Source: Candidatus Eiseniibacteriota bacterium | Lineage (GTDB): Bacteria > Eisenbacteria > RBG-16-71-46 | Assembly (NCBI GenBank): GCA_031370785.1 | Contig: JANMQY010000114.1 | Coordinates: forward strand, 43,417-107,416 | DNA length: 64,000 nucleotides | Direction: 5' to 3' | Shown: in pieces, positions 53,270 to 62,719 of the stretch | Position numbering within the stretch: position 1 is the first letter of the stretch | Layout: the number at the start of each line of letters is the position of its first letter | Notes under the pieces: generated by a model | Told to the model about the DNA's origin: nothing | Seen by the model: only the letters and a program-made list of their open reading frames with translations | The model's database searches: none | Translations under genes and position numbers: made by a program

Positions 53270-53850
53270 CGAGGCCAGTTCTTTTCCTTGTCCCACGACC
53301 AGTAGAGGAACATCGCCCGTCCCTTGACCAGGTCCATCTTGAGCGTGCCCCAGTAGCGGCTGTCGTTCGAGTTGTCGCGATTGTCGCCCATCATGAACAG
53401 CTCGTCCGGATTGATCGTGAACGGGCCGTAGTTGTCGCGGAAGTCGTAACCCGCCGGGCGAATGTTCGGGTCCTTGTGCACCGCGTACGGTTCGACCAGC
53501 GGAACGCCATCGATGCTCACTTTCTTGTCGTGGACCTCGATGGTCTGTCCGCCGGTTCCGATGCAGCGCTTGATGAAATCCTGGCTCGGGTTCTGCGGGA
53601 ACTGGAACACGATCACATCGCCGCGCTTCGGCTGGCGCAGACCCGGCAGCCGGATGTGGGTGAAGGGAATCTTGGGTCCGTACTCGAACTTGTTGACGAA
53701 CAGAAAATCCCCGACCAGCAGAGTGTCGAGCATGGACTCCGATGGAATGCGAAACGCCTGAATGACGAAAGCCCTGAGGAACAGGGTGAGCACCAGCGCC
53801 CACAGTGACGCCTCGACGTATTCACGCAGGGTGGATCTTTTTGCCGGCAT
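53239..53850 (-). CDS. lepB: Signal peptidase I
   Basis: IPSESM, FIKR, GDNRDNSNDSRYWG. Confidence 0.97.
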   Translation of the reverse strand: MPAKRSTLREYVEASLWALVLTLFLRAFVIQAFRIPSESMLDTLLVGDFLFVNKFEYGPKIPFTHIRLPGLRQPKRGDVIVFQFPQNPSQDFIKRCIGTGGQTIEVHDKKVSIDGVPLVEPYAVHKDPNIRPAGYDFRDNYGPFTINPDELFMMGDNRDNSNDSRYWGTLKMDLVKGRAMFLYWSWDKEKNWPRWNRIFQPIH

Positions 53851-53862
53851 GGATCTCCTCGC

Positions 53863-55680
53863 CTATCGCTCGACTTTGAGCACCGCCAGGAATGCCTCCT
53901 GCGGCACCTCGACCGTTCCGATCTGCTTCATACGTCGTTTGCCTTCCTTCTGTTTCTCGAGCAGCTTGCGCTTGCGGGTGATGTCACCGCCATAACACTT
54001 CGCGATCACGTTCTTGCGCATCGCGCCCAGCGTCTCGCGGGCGACGATCTTGCCGCCGATCGCGGCCTGGATCGCCACCTGGAACATCTGTTTCGGAATC
54101 AGCTCCTTGAGCTTGGAACACAGCGCGCTCCCGTAGGAGAACGCCTTGTCACGGTGCACGATCGCGGAGAGCGCATCCACCGGCTCGCCGTTCAGCATGA
54201 TGTCGAGCTTGACCACGTCCGCTTCCTGATATCCGTTGAATTCGTAGTCGAGCGAGGCATACCCGCGCGACACCGATTTCAGCTTGTCATAGAAGTCGAG
54301 CACGATCTCGCCGAGGGGCAGCCGGTACGCCACCCGCACGCGCTTCTCCTCGAGATGCACCATGTCCACGAATACCCCGCGGCGCTCCTGACACAACTTC
54401 ATGATGTTTCCGAGGTAGTCGGTCGGCGTGACCACGTGCGCCAGCACCATTGGCTCCTCCACCGCCTCGATGTTCTGCGGCGGCGGCATCTGGCTCGGAT
54501 TGTCCACCTTGAGCAGCTCGCCGTTGGTGAGCAGCGCGTGGTATTCCACGCTCGGCGTGGTCGCGATCAGGTCGATCTGGAATTCGCGACGCAGCCGCTC
54601 CTGCACGATCTCGAGGTGAAGCAGGCCGAGGAAGCCGCAGCGAAATCCGAATCCGAGCGCCACCGAGGTCTCGGGCTCGTACATCAGCGCCGCGTCGTTC
54701 AGGCGCAACTTGGAGAGCGCCTCCTTGAGCGACTCGTACTGCTCGGCCTCGATCGGGTAGAGACCGGAGAAAACCATCGACTTGGTCTCGCGGAATCCAT
54801 GGAGCGGTACCACCTCGGTCTCGCCGGCGGCGGCGATCGTGTCGCCGACCCGCGCGTCGGCGACGCTCTTGATCCCGGCCACGATGTAGCCCACCTGCCC
54901 AGCGTGCAGCTCGGGCTGGGCCTCGAGCTTGAGACGCAAGGTTCCGACCTCGGTCACTTCGTACTCGCCGCCGGTGAACAGGAAGCGGATCCGGTCTCCG
55001 ATACGCACGCGCCCGTCCACCACCCGCACCACACACACCACCCCGCGATACTGATCGAATTTCGAGTCGAACAGCAGCGCCCGCAGCGGCGCATCCGGAG
55101 CGCCCGTGGGCGGCGGGACGTCGGCGATGACGCGCTCGAGCAGCTCCTCGACGCCCATCCCGGTCTTGGCGCTGATCCGGCACACGTGCTCGGCCGGAAT
55201 CCCGGTCACGTGCTCGATCTCGAGCGCGATGTCGTCCGGGCGCGCCGCCGGCAGATCGACCTTGTTGATCGCGCCGACGATCGAGAGGTTCTGATCCTTG
55301 GCGAGGAAGTAATTCGAGAGGGTCTGCGCTTCGATTCCCTGCGAGGCGTCCACCACCAGGATCGCGCCCTCACAGGCCGCGAGACTGCGCGAGACTTCGT
55401 ACGTAAAGTCCACGTGGCCCGGCGTGTCGATCAGGTTGAGCTCGTAGGTGATGCCGTCTCTCGCCTTGTATTCCATGGCGATCGCGTGCGACTTGATCGT
55501 GATGCCCTTCTCGCGCTCGAGATCCATGTCGTCCAGCACCTGCGCCTTCATCTGCTGCGGCGTCAGGGTGTGGGTGATCTCGAGCAGGCGATCCGCCAGC
55601 GTGCTCTTGCCGTGATCGATGTGCGCGACGATGCAGAAATTACGGATGTTGCTCAGCCTGGAGTCGCTCAAAAGTGCCAC
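53863..55680 (-). CDS. lepA: Elongation factor 4
   Basis: [40 protein letters not shown]. Confidence 0.98.
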   Translation of the reverse strand: MALLSDSRLSNIRNFCIVAHIDHGKSTLADRLLEITHTLTPQQMKAQVLDDMDLEREKGITIKSHAIAMEYKARDGITYELNLIDTPGHVDFTYEVSRSLAACEGAILVVDASQGIEAQTLSNYFLAKDQNLSIVGAINKVDLPAARPDDIALEIEHVTGIPAEHVCRISAKTGMGVEELLERVIADVPPPTGAPDAPLRALLFDSKFDQYRGVVCVVRVVDGRVRIGDRIRFLFTGGEYEVTEVGTLRLKLEAQPELHAGQVGYIVAGIKSVADARVGDTIAAAGETEVVPLHGFRETKSMVFSGLYPIEAEQYESLKEALSKLRLNDAALMYEPETSVALGFGFRCGFLGLLHLEIVQERLRREFQIDLIATTPSVEYHALLTNGELLKVDNPSQMPPPQNIEAVEEPMVLAHVVTPTDYLGNIMKLCQERRGVFVDMVHLEEKRVRVAYRLPLGEIVLDFYDKLKSVSRGYASLDYEFNGYQEADVVKLDIMLNGEPVDALSAIVHRDKAFSYGSALCSKLKELIPKQMFQVAIQAAIGGKIVARETLGAMRKNVIAKCYGGDITRKRKLLEKQKEGKRRMKQIGTVEVPQEAFLAVLKVER

Positions 55681-56237
55681 CCGATCGAGAGTCGCACCCG
55701 TGAGGTGTCATCGAACCCCTCGGGCAGCGCCGGATCCTTCTTGAATTCCACGTCGAAGTTGCGGAAATGCGCGTCCACGTACGCGTCGAGCAGGGAGTAG
55801 GTCAGCGCTCCCGCCAGCAGCCACTGGCGCCCGATGTAACGGTCGAGCCGGGCATTGTACTCGCTGATGGCCGCCGCCTCCCGCGCATTGTCGTTCGCGG
55901 CGCGCGCCTCGGCCACCTGCTGGTTGATGCGCTCGAGATCGCGCCGGTCTCGAATCAGATTCGAGCCCATCCAGACCTCGAGCCCGGCGAAGCCCGCCGC
56001 CTTGAACCAGGCGCGATTGTGCAGCTGGCCCCAGCCCGGCAGCACCAGCGAGCGCAGCATCACCATGCGCGGCTGCTCGAACAGGGGGATGCGAGGCGCC
56101 AGCGCGGCGGTCGAGTCGGAAACCACTGCGATCCGGGCGCTGTCCGCCGCGGCGGGCGTCGACGCATCCGCGAGCGGCGCGGACCGTGCCGGCGCTGCGC
56201 CCGCCGCGAGCGAGGCGGCGAGCGTGAGCGCGAACAG
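55668..56237 (-). CDS. DUF5683-like exported/membrane protein (start uncertain; frame stays open upstream through tRNA-Sec to ATG 56354)
   Basis: Signal-like [39 protein letters not shown] motifs, C-terminal ...LSIGWHF. Confidence 0.7.
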   Translation of the reverse strand: MFALTLAASLAAGAAPARSAPLADASTPAAADSARIAVVSDSTAALAPRIPLFEQPRMVMLRSLVLPGWGQLHNRAWFKAAGFAGLEVWMGSNLIRDRRDLERINQQVAEARAANDNAREAAAISEYNARLDRYIGRQWLLAGALTYSLLDAYVDAHFRNFDVEFKKDPALPEGFDDTSRVRLSIGWHF

Positions 56238-56335
56238 TGGCGGGAACGTGTGGGAATCGAACCCACCTCGGACGCTCTTAACGCCCGACCGCGGGATTTG
56301 AAGTCCCCGGAGTCCACCAGAACCCATGCGTTCCC
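56238..56335 (-). tRNA. selC: tRNA-Sec(TCA)
   Basis: 98 nt; 8/5 acceptor/T arrangement, 6-bp D stem with 4-nt loop, CTTCAAA anticodon loop, long variable arm, G73-CCA; adjacent to selD. Confidence 0.95.
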
Positions 56336-56364
56336 GCATCGACATCTTCTTCATCGCGCGCGGC

Positions 56365-57423
56365 TCAGGCGCGCTCGAGTTCGACGGCGCGCTCGGTGCG
56401 GGCGATCGCAACTCCGGCCTCGACGTGCCACACCCGCGAACGCGAGAGCGCCGCGCGAAACGCCGCGGCGCGCTTGGACGGAATCGCGATCAGCAGGCCG
56501 CCCGAAGTCTGCGGATCGTAGAGCGCGAGTCGGATCGGCTCGGGAGTCTCTCCCTCACGCACTTTCGTCCCATAGAACTGCCGGTTGCTCGCCAGGCCGC
56601 CGGGCGCGACTCCTTTTGCAACGAGTTCGAGCACGCGCGGCATGAACCAGCCGGGCGCCGGGTTCAGCCGCAGTGTCACTCCGCTCGCCTCGGCAACCTG
56701 GGTCGCATGGCCAAGCAGTCCAAAGCCGGTCACGTCGGTGGCCGCGCGCGCGCCGAACTCGACCGCGGCTTCCGACGCCCGCCGGTTGAGCGCGGTCATG
56801 GAGCGCGTCAGGCGCCTCGCCCCCGCGGGCTCGAGCATTCGGCGCTTGAGCGCGGTCGAAAGGATGCCGGTGCCGAGCGGCTTGGTCAGGAACAGCCGAT
56901 CGCCGCGCCGCACGCCCGAGTTGGTGAGAAGGCGCCGGCGCTGCACGGTTCCGGTGACGCTGTAGCCGAACTTGAGCTCGGGATCCTTGACGCTATGCCC
57001 GCCAATGATGCTCACCCCCGCTTCGCGCATCTTGTCCTGACCGCCATGCAGGATCTCGCGCACCGTCCCCGCGGGCAGCCCGGACTCCGGCACGCACAGC
57101 ACGGCCAGCGCGGTGAGCGGCGCGCCACCCATGGCGTACACGTCGCTCAGCGAGTTCGCCGCCGCCACCTGACCGAAGTCATAGGGGTCGTCCACGACCG
57201 GGGTGAAGAAATCCACGGTCTGCACGAGCGCGCTTCCGCGCCCGAACGCAAACACCCCCGCATCGTCCAGGGTGGACTGGTCGACCAGCACGCGCCGATC
57301 CTTCTTCATCGCGGGCAGCCCATCCAGGGCTTGGCGCAGGTCCGCCGGACCCAGTTTGGAGGCTCAACCCGCACAGGCCACCTGCGCGGTGAGGCGCACC
57401 TCGATGCGACGCCGCCCGTTCAC
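56365..57423 (-). CDS. selD: Selenophosphate synthetase, selenocysteine-containing (UGA at 57364-57366)
   Basis: VRLTAQVACAG-UGA-ASKLGP in frame with DDAGV, QTVDFFTP, ANSLSDVYAMGG, GGHS, DVTGFGLLGH, DPQTSGGLL. Confidence 0.95.
57337..57353 (-). promoter_or_regulatory. Putative bacterial SECIS hairpin in selD
   Basis: UGGGUCC-GGC-GGACCUG stem-loop with a G-containing apical loop, starting about 11 nt after the UGA. Confidence 0.65.
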
Positions 57424-57451
57424 GCGCGAAGCTCTCGCCGGCACGATGGGC

Positions 57452-57853
57452 TCAGAGATCCCGCCCCACCGCCACCGCGTCGATCTCGACCCGCGCTCCC
57501 TTGGGCAGGCCGGCGGCGGCGATCGTGGTGCGCGCCGGAGGGTCGACCGCGAAATGCCGGCCGTACACCTGATTCATCGCCTGGAAATCCGCCATGTCCA
57601 CCAGGTACACCGTGGTCTTGACTACGTCGGCGAGGGTGAGTCCGGCGCCGCGCAGCACCGCGCTCAGATTCTGCAGCACGCGCTCGGTCTGGGCCGCGGT
57701 GTCCGCGCCCACTAGCTCGCCGCTCGCGGGATCGAGGGCGACCTGTCCCGAGGTGAACACCAAACGGTTGCCGCCGTGCAGCCGGACGACCTGCGCCTGA
57801 CTGTACGGGCCGATCGCCTTGGGCGCATCGGCCACCTGGAGCGGAGTCTTCAC
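57452..57853 (-). CDS. RidA/YjgF family enamine deaminase
   Basis: APKAIGPYSQA, SGQ, FQAMN.VY, PART, LPKGARVEID. Confidence 0.93.
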   Translation of the reverse strand: MKTPLQVADAPKAIGPYSQAQVVRLHGGNRLVFTSGQVALDPASGELVGADTAAQTERVLQNLSAVLRGAGLTLADVVKTTVYLVDMADFQAMNQVYGRHFAVDPPARTTIAAAGLPKGARVEIDAVAVGRDL

Positions 57854-57870
57854 GAGTCCTCCCTGACCCT

Positions 57871-59703
57871 CTATTCGACCGTGACGCTCTTGGCCAGGTT
57901 GCGTGGCTGGTCCACGTCGCACCCGCGCATCACCGCGACGTGATACGCGAGCAGCTGGAGCGGGATCGCCGAGAGCATGGGCTGGAGCATGGGCAGCGTC
58001 TGCGGAATGTAGATGACGTGGTCGGCCCGTGACGCCACGTCCCGGTCGCCTTCGCTGGCGATCGCGATGATGCGCCCGCGGCGCGCGCGCACCTCCATCA
58101 TGTTGCTCATCACCTTGTCGTACGCGCCGTCGCGCGGGCACAGGAACACGACCGGCATGTTTTCGTCGATCAGCGCGATCGGCCCGTGCTTCATCTCGGC
58201 CGCAGGATAGCCCTCGGCATGGATGTACGAAATCTCCTTCAGCTTGAGCGCGCCCTCGAGCGCGACCGGGAAGTTGTACCCACGTCCCAGGTAGATGAAG
58301 TTGTTGCGCTGTCCGTACTGCTCGGCGATCGCCTTCACCGCATCGCTGCGCTCGAGGATGCTTTCGATCTTGCCCGGGATCGAGTCCAGCTCGCGCGCCA
58401 CCTCGATCCCGGTCTCGGTCGACATCGAACGCTGCCGCCCGAGAGAAAGAGTCAGCAGCGAGAGCACCGCGACCTGGCTGGTGAACGCCTTGGTGGAAGC
58501 CACCCCGATCTCGGGCCCGGCATGGATGTAGACGCCGCCGTCCGATTCGCGCGCGATCGTCGAGCCCACCACGTTGACGATGCCGAGCGCCTTGGCGCCC
58601 TTGCGCTGCGCCTCGCGCATCGCGGCCAGCGTGTCCGCAGTTTCCCCAGACTGCGAGATCACCAGCACCGTGGTGCCCTCGCGCACGATCGGATTGCGGT
58701 AGCGGAATTCCGAGGCGTACTCGACCTCGACCGGGATGCGCGCGTGCTCCTCGATCATGTATTCACCGATCAGGCCCGCATGCCACGAGGTGCCGCACGC
58801 GAGGATGATCAGCCGGCGGATGTCGCGCATCTCATCGACCGTCATGTTGAGCCCACCCAACCGGGCCAGGCCCTCGGCGGTGTTGAGCCGGCCGCGCATC
58901 GCGTTGCGCACCGAGTCGGGCTGCTCGAAGATCTCCTTGAGCATGAAATGCTCGAAGCCGCCCTTTTCGATCTGGGTCAGGTCCCACTCGACTTCATGCA
59001 CCGCCTTGTCGACCGGCTCGAGCGCGATGGTCGCGGTGTGGAATCCGTCCGGGGAAAGCACCGCCATCTCGCCGTCGTCCAGATACACCACCTGGCGGGT
59101 GTGCTCGACGATCGGCGCGACATCCGAGCCGAGGAAGTACTCGCCGTCGCCGATCCCCACCACCAGCGGGCTGCCCTTGCGGGCGCCGACGATGGTGCCG
59201 GGCTCCTGCTCGCACATCACGGCGATGCCGTAGGTTCCTTCGACGTCGGCCAGCGCCCGGCCCACCGCCCGCTCGAGCTTGATGCCGCGCTTCAAGTACT
59301 TGCCGACCAGATGGGTCAGCACCTCGGTGTCGGTGTCGGTATGGAAGTGGTGGCCTTCAGCCTCGAGCGCACTCTTCAGGACCGAATAGTTCTCGATGAT
59401 TCCGTTGTGCACCAGCGCGACCTTGCCCGATTCATCGACGTGGGGATGGGCGTTCTTGTCGTTGGGCTCGCCGTGCGTCGCCCACCGGGTGTGAGCGATG
59501 CCGCTCGTTCCCGACGGATTGTCCTTGGAGAGGCGCGCCTCGAGCTGGCGGATCTTGCCGGCGGCCTTGATCACCCGAAGGTGGCCGTTGCTCTGAACCG
59601 CGACGCCTGCCGAGTCGTAGCCTCGATACTCGAGACGCTTGAGCCCTTCCACCAGGATCGGTAGGCACTGCCTCTGGCCGACGTACCCGACGATGCCGCA
59701 CAT
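57871..59703 (-). CDS. glmS: Glutamine--fructose-6-phosphate aminotransferase
   Basis: MCGIVG, HTRWATHG, SQSGETADT, LAKSVTVE. Confidence 0.98.
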   Translation of the reverse strand: MCGIVGYVGQRQCLPILVEGLKRLEYRGYDSAGVAVQSNGHLRVIKAAGKIRQLEARLSKDNPSGTSGIAHTRWATHGEPNDKNAHPHVDESGKVALVHNGIIENYSVLKSALEAEGHHFHTDTDTEVLTHLVGKYLKRGIKLERAVGRALADVEGTYGIAVMCEQEPGTIVGARKGSPLVVGIGDGEYFLGSDVAPIVEHTRQVVYLDDGEMAVLSPDGFHTATIALEPVDKAVHEVEWDLTQIEKGGFEHFMLKEIFEQPDSVRNAMRGRLNTAEGLARLGGLNMTVDEMRDIRRLIILACGTSWHAGLIGEYMIEEHARIPVEVEYASEFRYRNPIVREGTTVLVISQSGETADTLAAMREAQRKGAKALGIVNVVGSTIARESDGGVYIHAGPEIGVASTKAFTSQVAVLSLLTLSLGRQRSMSTETGIEVARELDSIPGKIESILERSDAVKAIAEQYGQRNNFIYLGRGYNFPVALEGALKLKEISYIHAEGYPAAEMKHGPIALIDENMPVVFLCPRDGAYDKVMSNMMEVRARRGRIIAIASEGDRDVASRADHVIYIPQTLPMLQPMLSAIPLQLLAYHVAVMRGCDVDQPRNLAKSVTVE

Positions 59704-59722
59704 GCCGCCTGCTTCCTCCCCT

Positions 59723-61078
59723 TCAGGACGCCGCTTGGAGCGCCCGGTCCGCCTGCTCGATCAGCGCTCGTGTGCGATCTGCGGACCGTGACTCGGCGAT
59801 CAGCCGGACGACCGGCTCGGTGCCCGAAGCGCGGACGTGGATCCACTCGTCGTTACCACTGAAGTGCAGCCCGTCGCTGGCGTCGGCTTCGAGCGTCGCG
59901 AACGACGTGCGCAGTCGCGAGGCGGCGCGCTCCCAGGGTTCCGCCGGCTTCGCGATCTTGGCCTTCACCATCACGTAGCGCGGCAGCGCATCCGCCAGCG
60001 CGCGCAGCGTGGAACCGCCCGAAACCGCCTGAGCGACCAGTGCCACCGCCACCAGCCCGTCGCGCCCGTAGTGCGCGGCCGGGAGGATCATGCCGCCGTT
60101 GCCTTCCCCTCCCGCGACCGCGCCATGCGCGCGCATGCCGGCCACAACGTGAGCCTCTCCGACCGGTGTCCGGTGGAGTGGAACCCCGAAGCGGGAGCAA
60201 ACCGCGTCCAATATACGGGACGTCGAGAGGTTTGTCACCACCGGCCCCGGTCGCCGGGCGAGCACCACCTGCGTGCCCAGCGCGACCGTGTACTCCTCCC
60301 CGAGCGGCACCCCAAGGTGGTCCACGAATGCCGCGCGATCCGCGTCGGGATCGAGCGCGACTCCGAAGTCGGCGCGCTGGCGCCGGACCTCTTCTGCGAG
60401 CGCTCCCAGGTTCTCGGCCAGCGGCTCCAGCTCGCGGGTGAACCGCCCGGTCGGCTCGCAGTCCAGCTCGATCGCCTCGATGCCGAGCGCATGCAGCAGG
60501 CGCGGCACCGCGATCCCACCGACGCTCGCACAGCCGTCCACCACCACGCGCAGGTTGCGCGCCGCGATCGCCTTGCGGTCGAGGAACTCCAACCCAAGCA
60601 CGCGCTCGAGGTGCCATTCCAGCGCGCCTTGCTCCGTGCGCTCCTGCCCGAGTCGATCGAAAGCCACCCACAGGTCGCGCCGCGCTTCGAACCTCTCGCG
60701 CACCCGCATGCCTTCTTCCAGGCCCAGGAACTCGCCGCGCGCCGAGAGAAACTTGAGCGCGTTCCACTGCGCGGGATTGTGACTCGCCGTGATGATCACT
60801 CCGCCCGCGGCGTGAAGATGCTCGACCGCGATCTGGGTGGCGGGAGTGGTGGCCAGCCCGACGTCGACCACGTCGCGCCCCGCGGCGGTCAAGCCGGCCA
60901 CGACCGCTCGATACATCATCGGACCGGAGATCCGCGCGTCGCGGCCCACCACGATCGCACCGTCCAAAGGGCGCTCGCGCGCGAATGCGGCGGCGAAGTC
61001 CGTCACGATCGGAGGCGTGAGCGACTCGCCGACGATGCCACGGATGCCCGCGACGCTGATCATCAGAGGAGCGCTCAT
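59723..61078 (-). CDS. glmM: Phosphoglucosamine mutase (alpha-D-phosphohexomutase family)
   Basis: ITASHNP, DPDADR, GGEGNGG, RASGTEP; immediately upstream of glmS. Confidence 0.85.
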   Translation of the reverse strand: MSAPLMISVAGIRGIVGESLTPPIVTDFAAAFARERPLDGAIVVGRDARISGPMMYRAVVAGLTAAGRDVVDVGLATTPATQIAVEHLHAAGGVIITASHNPAQWNALKFLSARGEFLGLEEGMRVRERFEARRDLWVAFDRLGQERTEQGALEWHLERVLGLEFLDRKAIAARNLRVVVDGCASVGGIAVPRLLHALGIEAIELDCEPTGRFTRELEPLAENLGALAEEVRRQRADFGVALDPDADRAAFVDHLGVPLGEEYTVALGTQVVLARRPGPVVTNLSTSRILDAVCSRFGVPLHRTPVGEAHVVAGMRAHGAVAGGEGNGGMILPAAHYGRDGLVAVALVAQAVSGGSTLRALADALPRYVMVKAKIAKPAEPWERAASRLRTSFATLEADASDGLHFSGNDEWIHVRASGTEPVVRLIAESRSADRTRALIEQADRALQAAS

Positions 61079-61156
61079 ATGGATTCCACGCGGGCAACCG
61101 GGGCGGCGAAGCCACGCGACCATGGACAGGACAATGATTTGGACACGATTCCGGGC

Positions 61157-61186
61157 ATTCTGGGGGATGACGGGAGAACGCGTCAA
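61157..61186 (-). promoter_or_regulatory. Promoter of the glmM operon
   Basis: TTGACG-N18-CAGAAT. Confidence 0.55.
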
Positions 61187-61276
61187 CGCGATGAGTGCTG
61201 AAATCAGCCCGCAGCCTTTGATAAGCTTGACCGCGTTGGCGAGGCCGCAGCGCGGCATCCATCCGGAGGCGCAATC

Positions 61277-62269
61277 ATGCGTCGATCACTCGGATCCTTC
61301 CTGCTCGCAATTCTTCTCGCGACACCCGCTCTCGCACAGCTGCCCCCGACCTACATCACCTCGTGGGGAAGTGCAGGGACCGGCCCCGGTCAATTCCAGC
61401 CTCCGTTCTATGTCGCTACCGACGCGGCTGGCCAGGTGTATGTCTTCGATACGGGGAGAGTTCAGATCTTTACCGGTGACGGAGTATTCCTGTCGCAATG
61501 GACAACTCAGACCCCCTCTCCCTCGCCATCGGGTATCGCTGTCGACGGACTCGGACGCGTTCATCTCCTCCTATGGAACTACCCCACCACGAGTCACGAG
61601 GTCTACACGGCCGGAGGCGCATACGTCGGGACCTACGGCGGCACCCCTGGGCAGGGTTGCGAGTGCTCGCTCCACGCCAACGGAATCGCGGCGGGCTCGA
61701 ACGGTGAGTCGTTCATGACACTGTGGGGGTATTTCCAAGCGGTCGGTCAACCCGTCAGAAATGATGTCGCGCAAGTTGTGCACTCGCTCTCTCCAGGTGG
61801 CGGAGCTTCGTGGGGAAGCGCGGGTAGCGGGCCGGGGCAGTTGACGGAGCCGAACGGTGTCGGTGTCGATGCGGCAGGATTCGTGTACGTCACCGACAAC
61901 CGCACGATCCGAGTACAGAAGTACACGAGCGACGGCATGTTCATCACACAATGGGGAGCTTCCGGACCCGGCGGAACGCAGGCCTACAATTCCTGGCAGA
62001 TCGCGGTCGGGTCGGACGGTCACGTCTATACCTTCACCCTTGGAGCCTCGCAGATTCAGGAATTCACCAGCGATGGGGCATTCCTGGGTCGCTGGGGCTC
62101 CCCTGGCAGCGGACCGGGGCAGTTCTCATTCGTTTATGGGATTGCCGTCGACGGTCAGGGGAACATCTTCGTGGCGGACGATGGCAACGGCCGCATCCAG
62201 AAGTTCGGACCGACTCCCACGCCCACCGTTCGCAGCAGCTGGGGCCGCCTCAAGTCCATCTACCGGTAA
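61277..62269 (+). CDS. Secreted NHL-repeat beta-propeller protein with C-terminal SWGRLKSIYR tail
   Basis: GGAGG SD; signal peptide ending ALA; repeats WGSxGxGPGQF..P.GIAVD..G.VYV.D...RIQKF; Pro/Thr linker then SSWGRLKSIYR. Confidence 0.88.
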   Translation: MRRSLGSFLLAILLATPALAQLPPTYITSWGSAGTGPGQFQPPFYVATDAAGQVYVFDTGRVQIFTGDGVFLSQWTTQTPSPSPSGIAVDGLGRVHLLLWNYPTTSHEVYTAGGAYVGTYGGTPGQGCECSLHANGIAAGSNGESFMTLWGYFQAVGQPVRNDVAQVVHSLSPGGGASWGSAGSGPGQLTEPNGVGVDAAGFVYVTDNRTIRVQKYTSDGMFITQWGASGPGGTQAYNSWQIAVGSDGHVYTFTLGASQIQEFTSDGAFLGRWGSPGSGPGQFSFVYGIAVDGQGNIFVADDGNGRIQKFGPTPTPTVRSSWGRLKSIYR

Positions 62270-62327
62270 TCCCGTGGATGCGCGAACGGCCGCAGCGCGG
62301 CGCTGGAGGCCGCGGCGAGTGAAGGAC

Positions 62328-62403
62328 TGGAGCTGGTGAGCGGAATCGAACCGCTGACCCCTTCATTACGAGTGAAGTGCTCTACCAGCTGAGCTACACC
62401 AGC
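62328..62403 (-). tRNA. tRNA-Thr(CGT)
   Basis: GCTGGTG acceptor, CTTCA-CTCGTAA-TGAAG, encoded CCA. Confidence 0.97.
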
Positions 62404-62474
62404 TCCGAAGGTGCGAAGGAGACGAACCGGATCGAACGGAAGGCGGCAGGCGGTCGGCCTCACACCACAAGAAA

Positions 62475-62550
62475 TGGTGCGACCCCCCAGAATCGAACTG
62501 GGGACACCGCGATTTTCAGTCGCGTGCTCTACCAACTGAGCTAGGGTCGC
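62475..62550 (-). tRNA. tRNA-Phe(GAA)
   Basis: GCGACCC acceptor, CGCGA-CTGAAAA-TCGCG, encoded CCA. Confidence 0.97.
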
Positions 62551-62569
62551 ACCCCGCTGTTTGCGCCAG

Positions 62570-62599
62570 TATTTACAGCAGGTTCCGGCCCCGCGTCAA
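62570..62599 (-). promoter_or_regulatory. Putative promoter of tRNA-Phe/tRNA-Thr
   Basis: TTGACG-N18-TAAATA. Confidence 0.45.
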
Positions 62600-62719
62600 A
62601 CAGGGCGGGGCGTTCGACCGCGTCCCGGCAGGGCGTTAGCGCGGCATCGTCGCCGGCCTTGGACCGAGGGTCATTCGCGCGGGGCGTGAGCACCGGAGCG
62701 CGGGGTCCCGACCGCGGAG

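Noticed and set aside
56345..57313. 13-nt repeat CTTCTTCATCGCG near both ends of selD
   Set aside because: One copy is inside the true selD CDS and there are no mobility genes; probably chance.
57364..57366. Premature stop making selD a pseudogene
   Set aside because: The UGA occupies the catalytic Cys/Sec position, with a SECIS-like hairpin and an adjacent tRNA-Sec.
61200..62403. Prophage or integrative element at tRNA-Thr
   Set aside because: No integrase and no duplicated tRNA 3' end were found.
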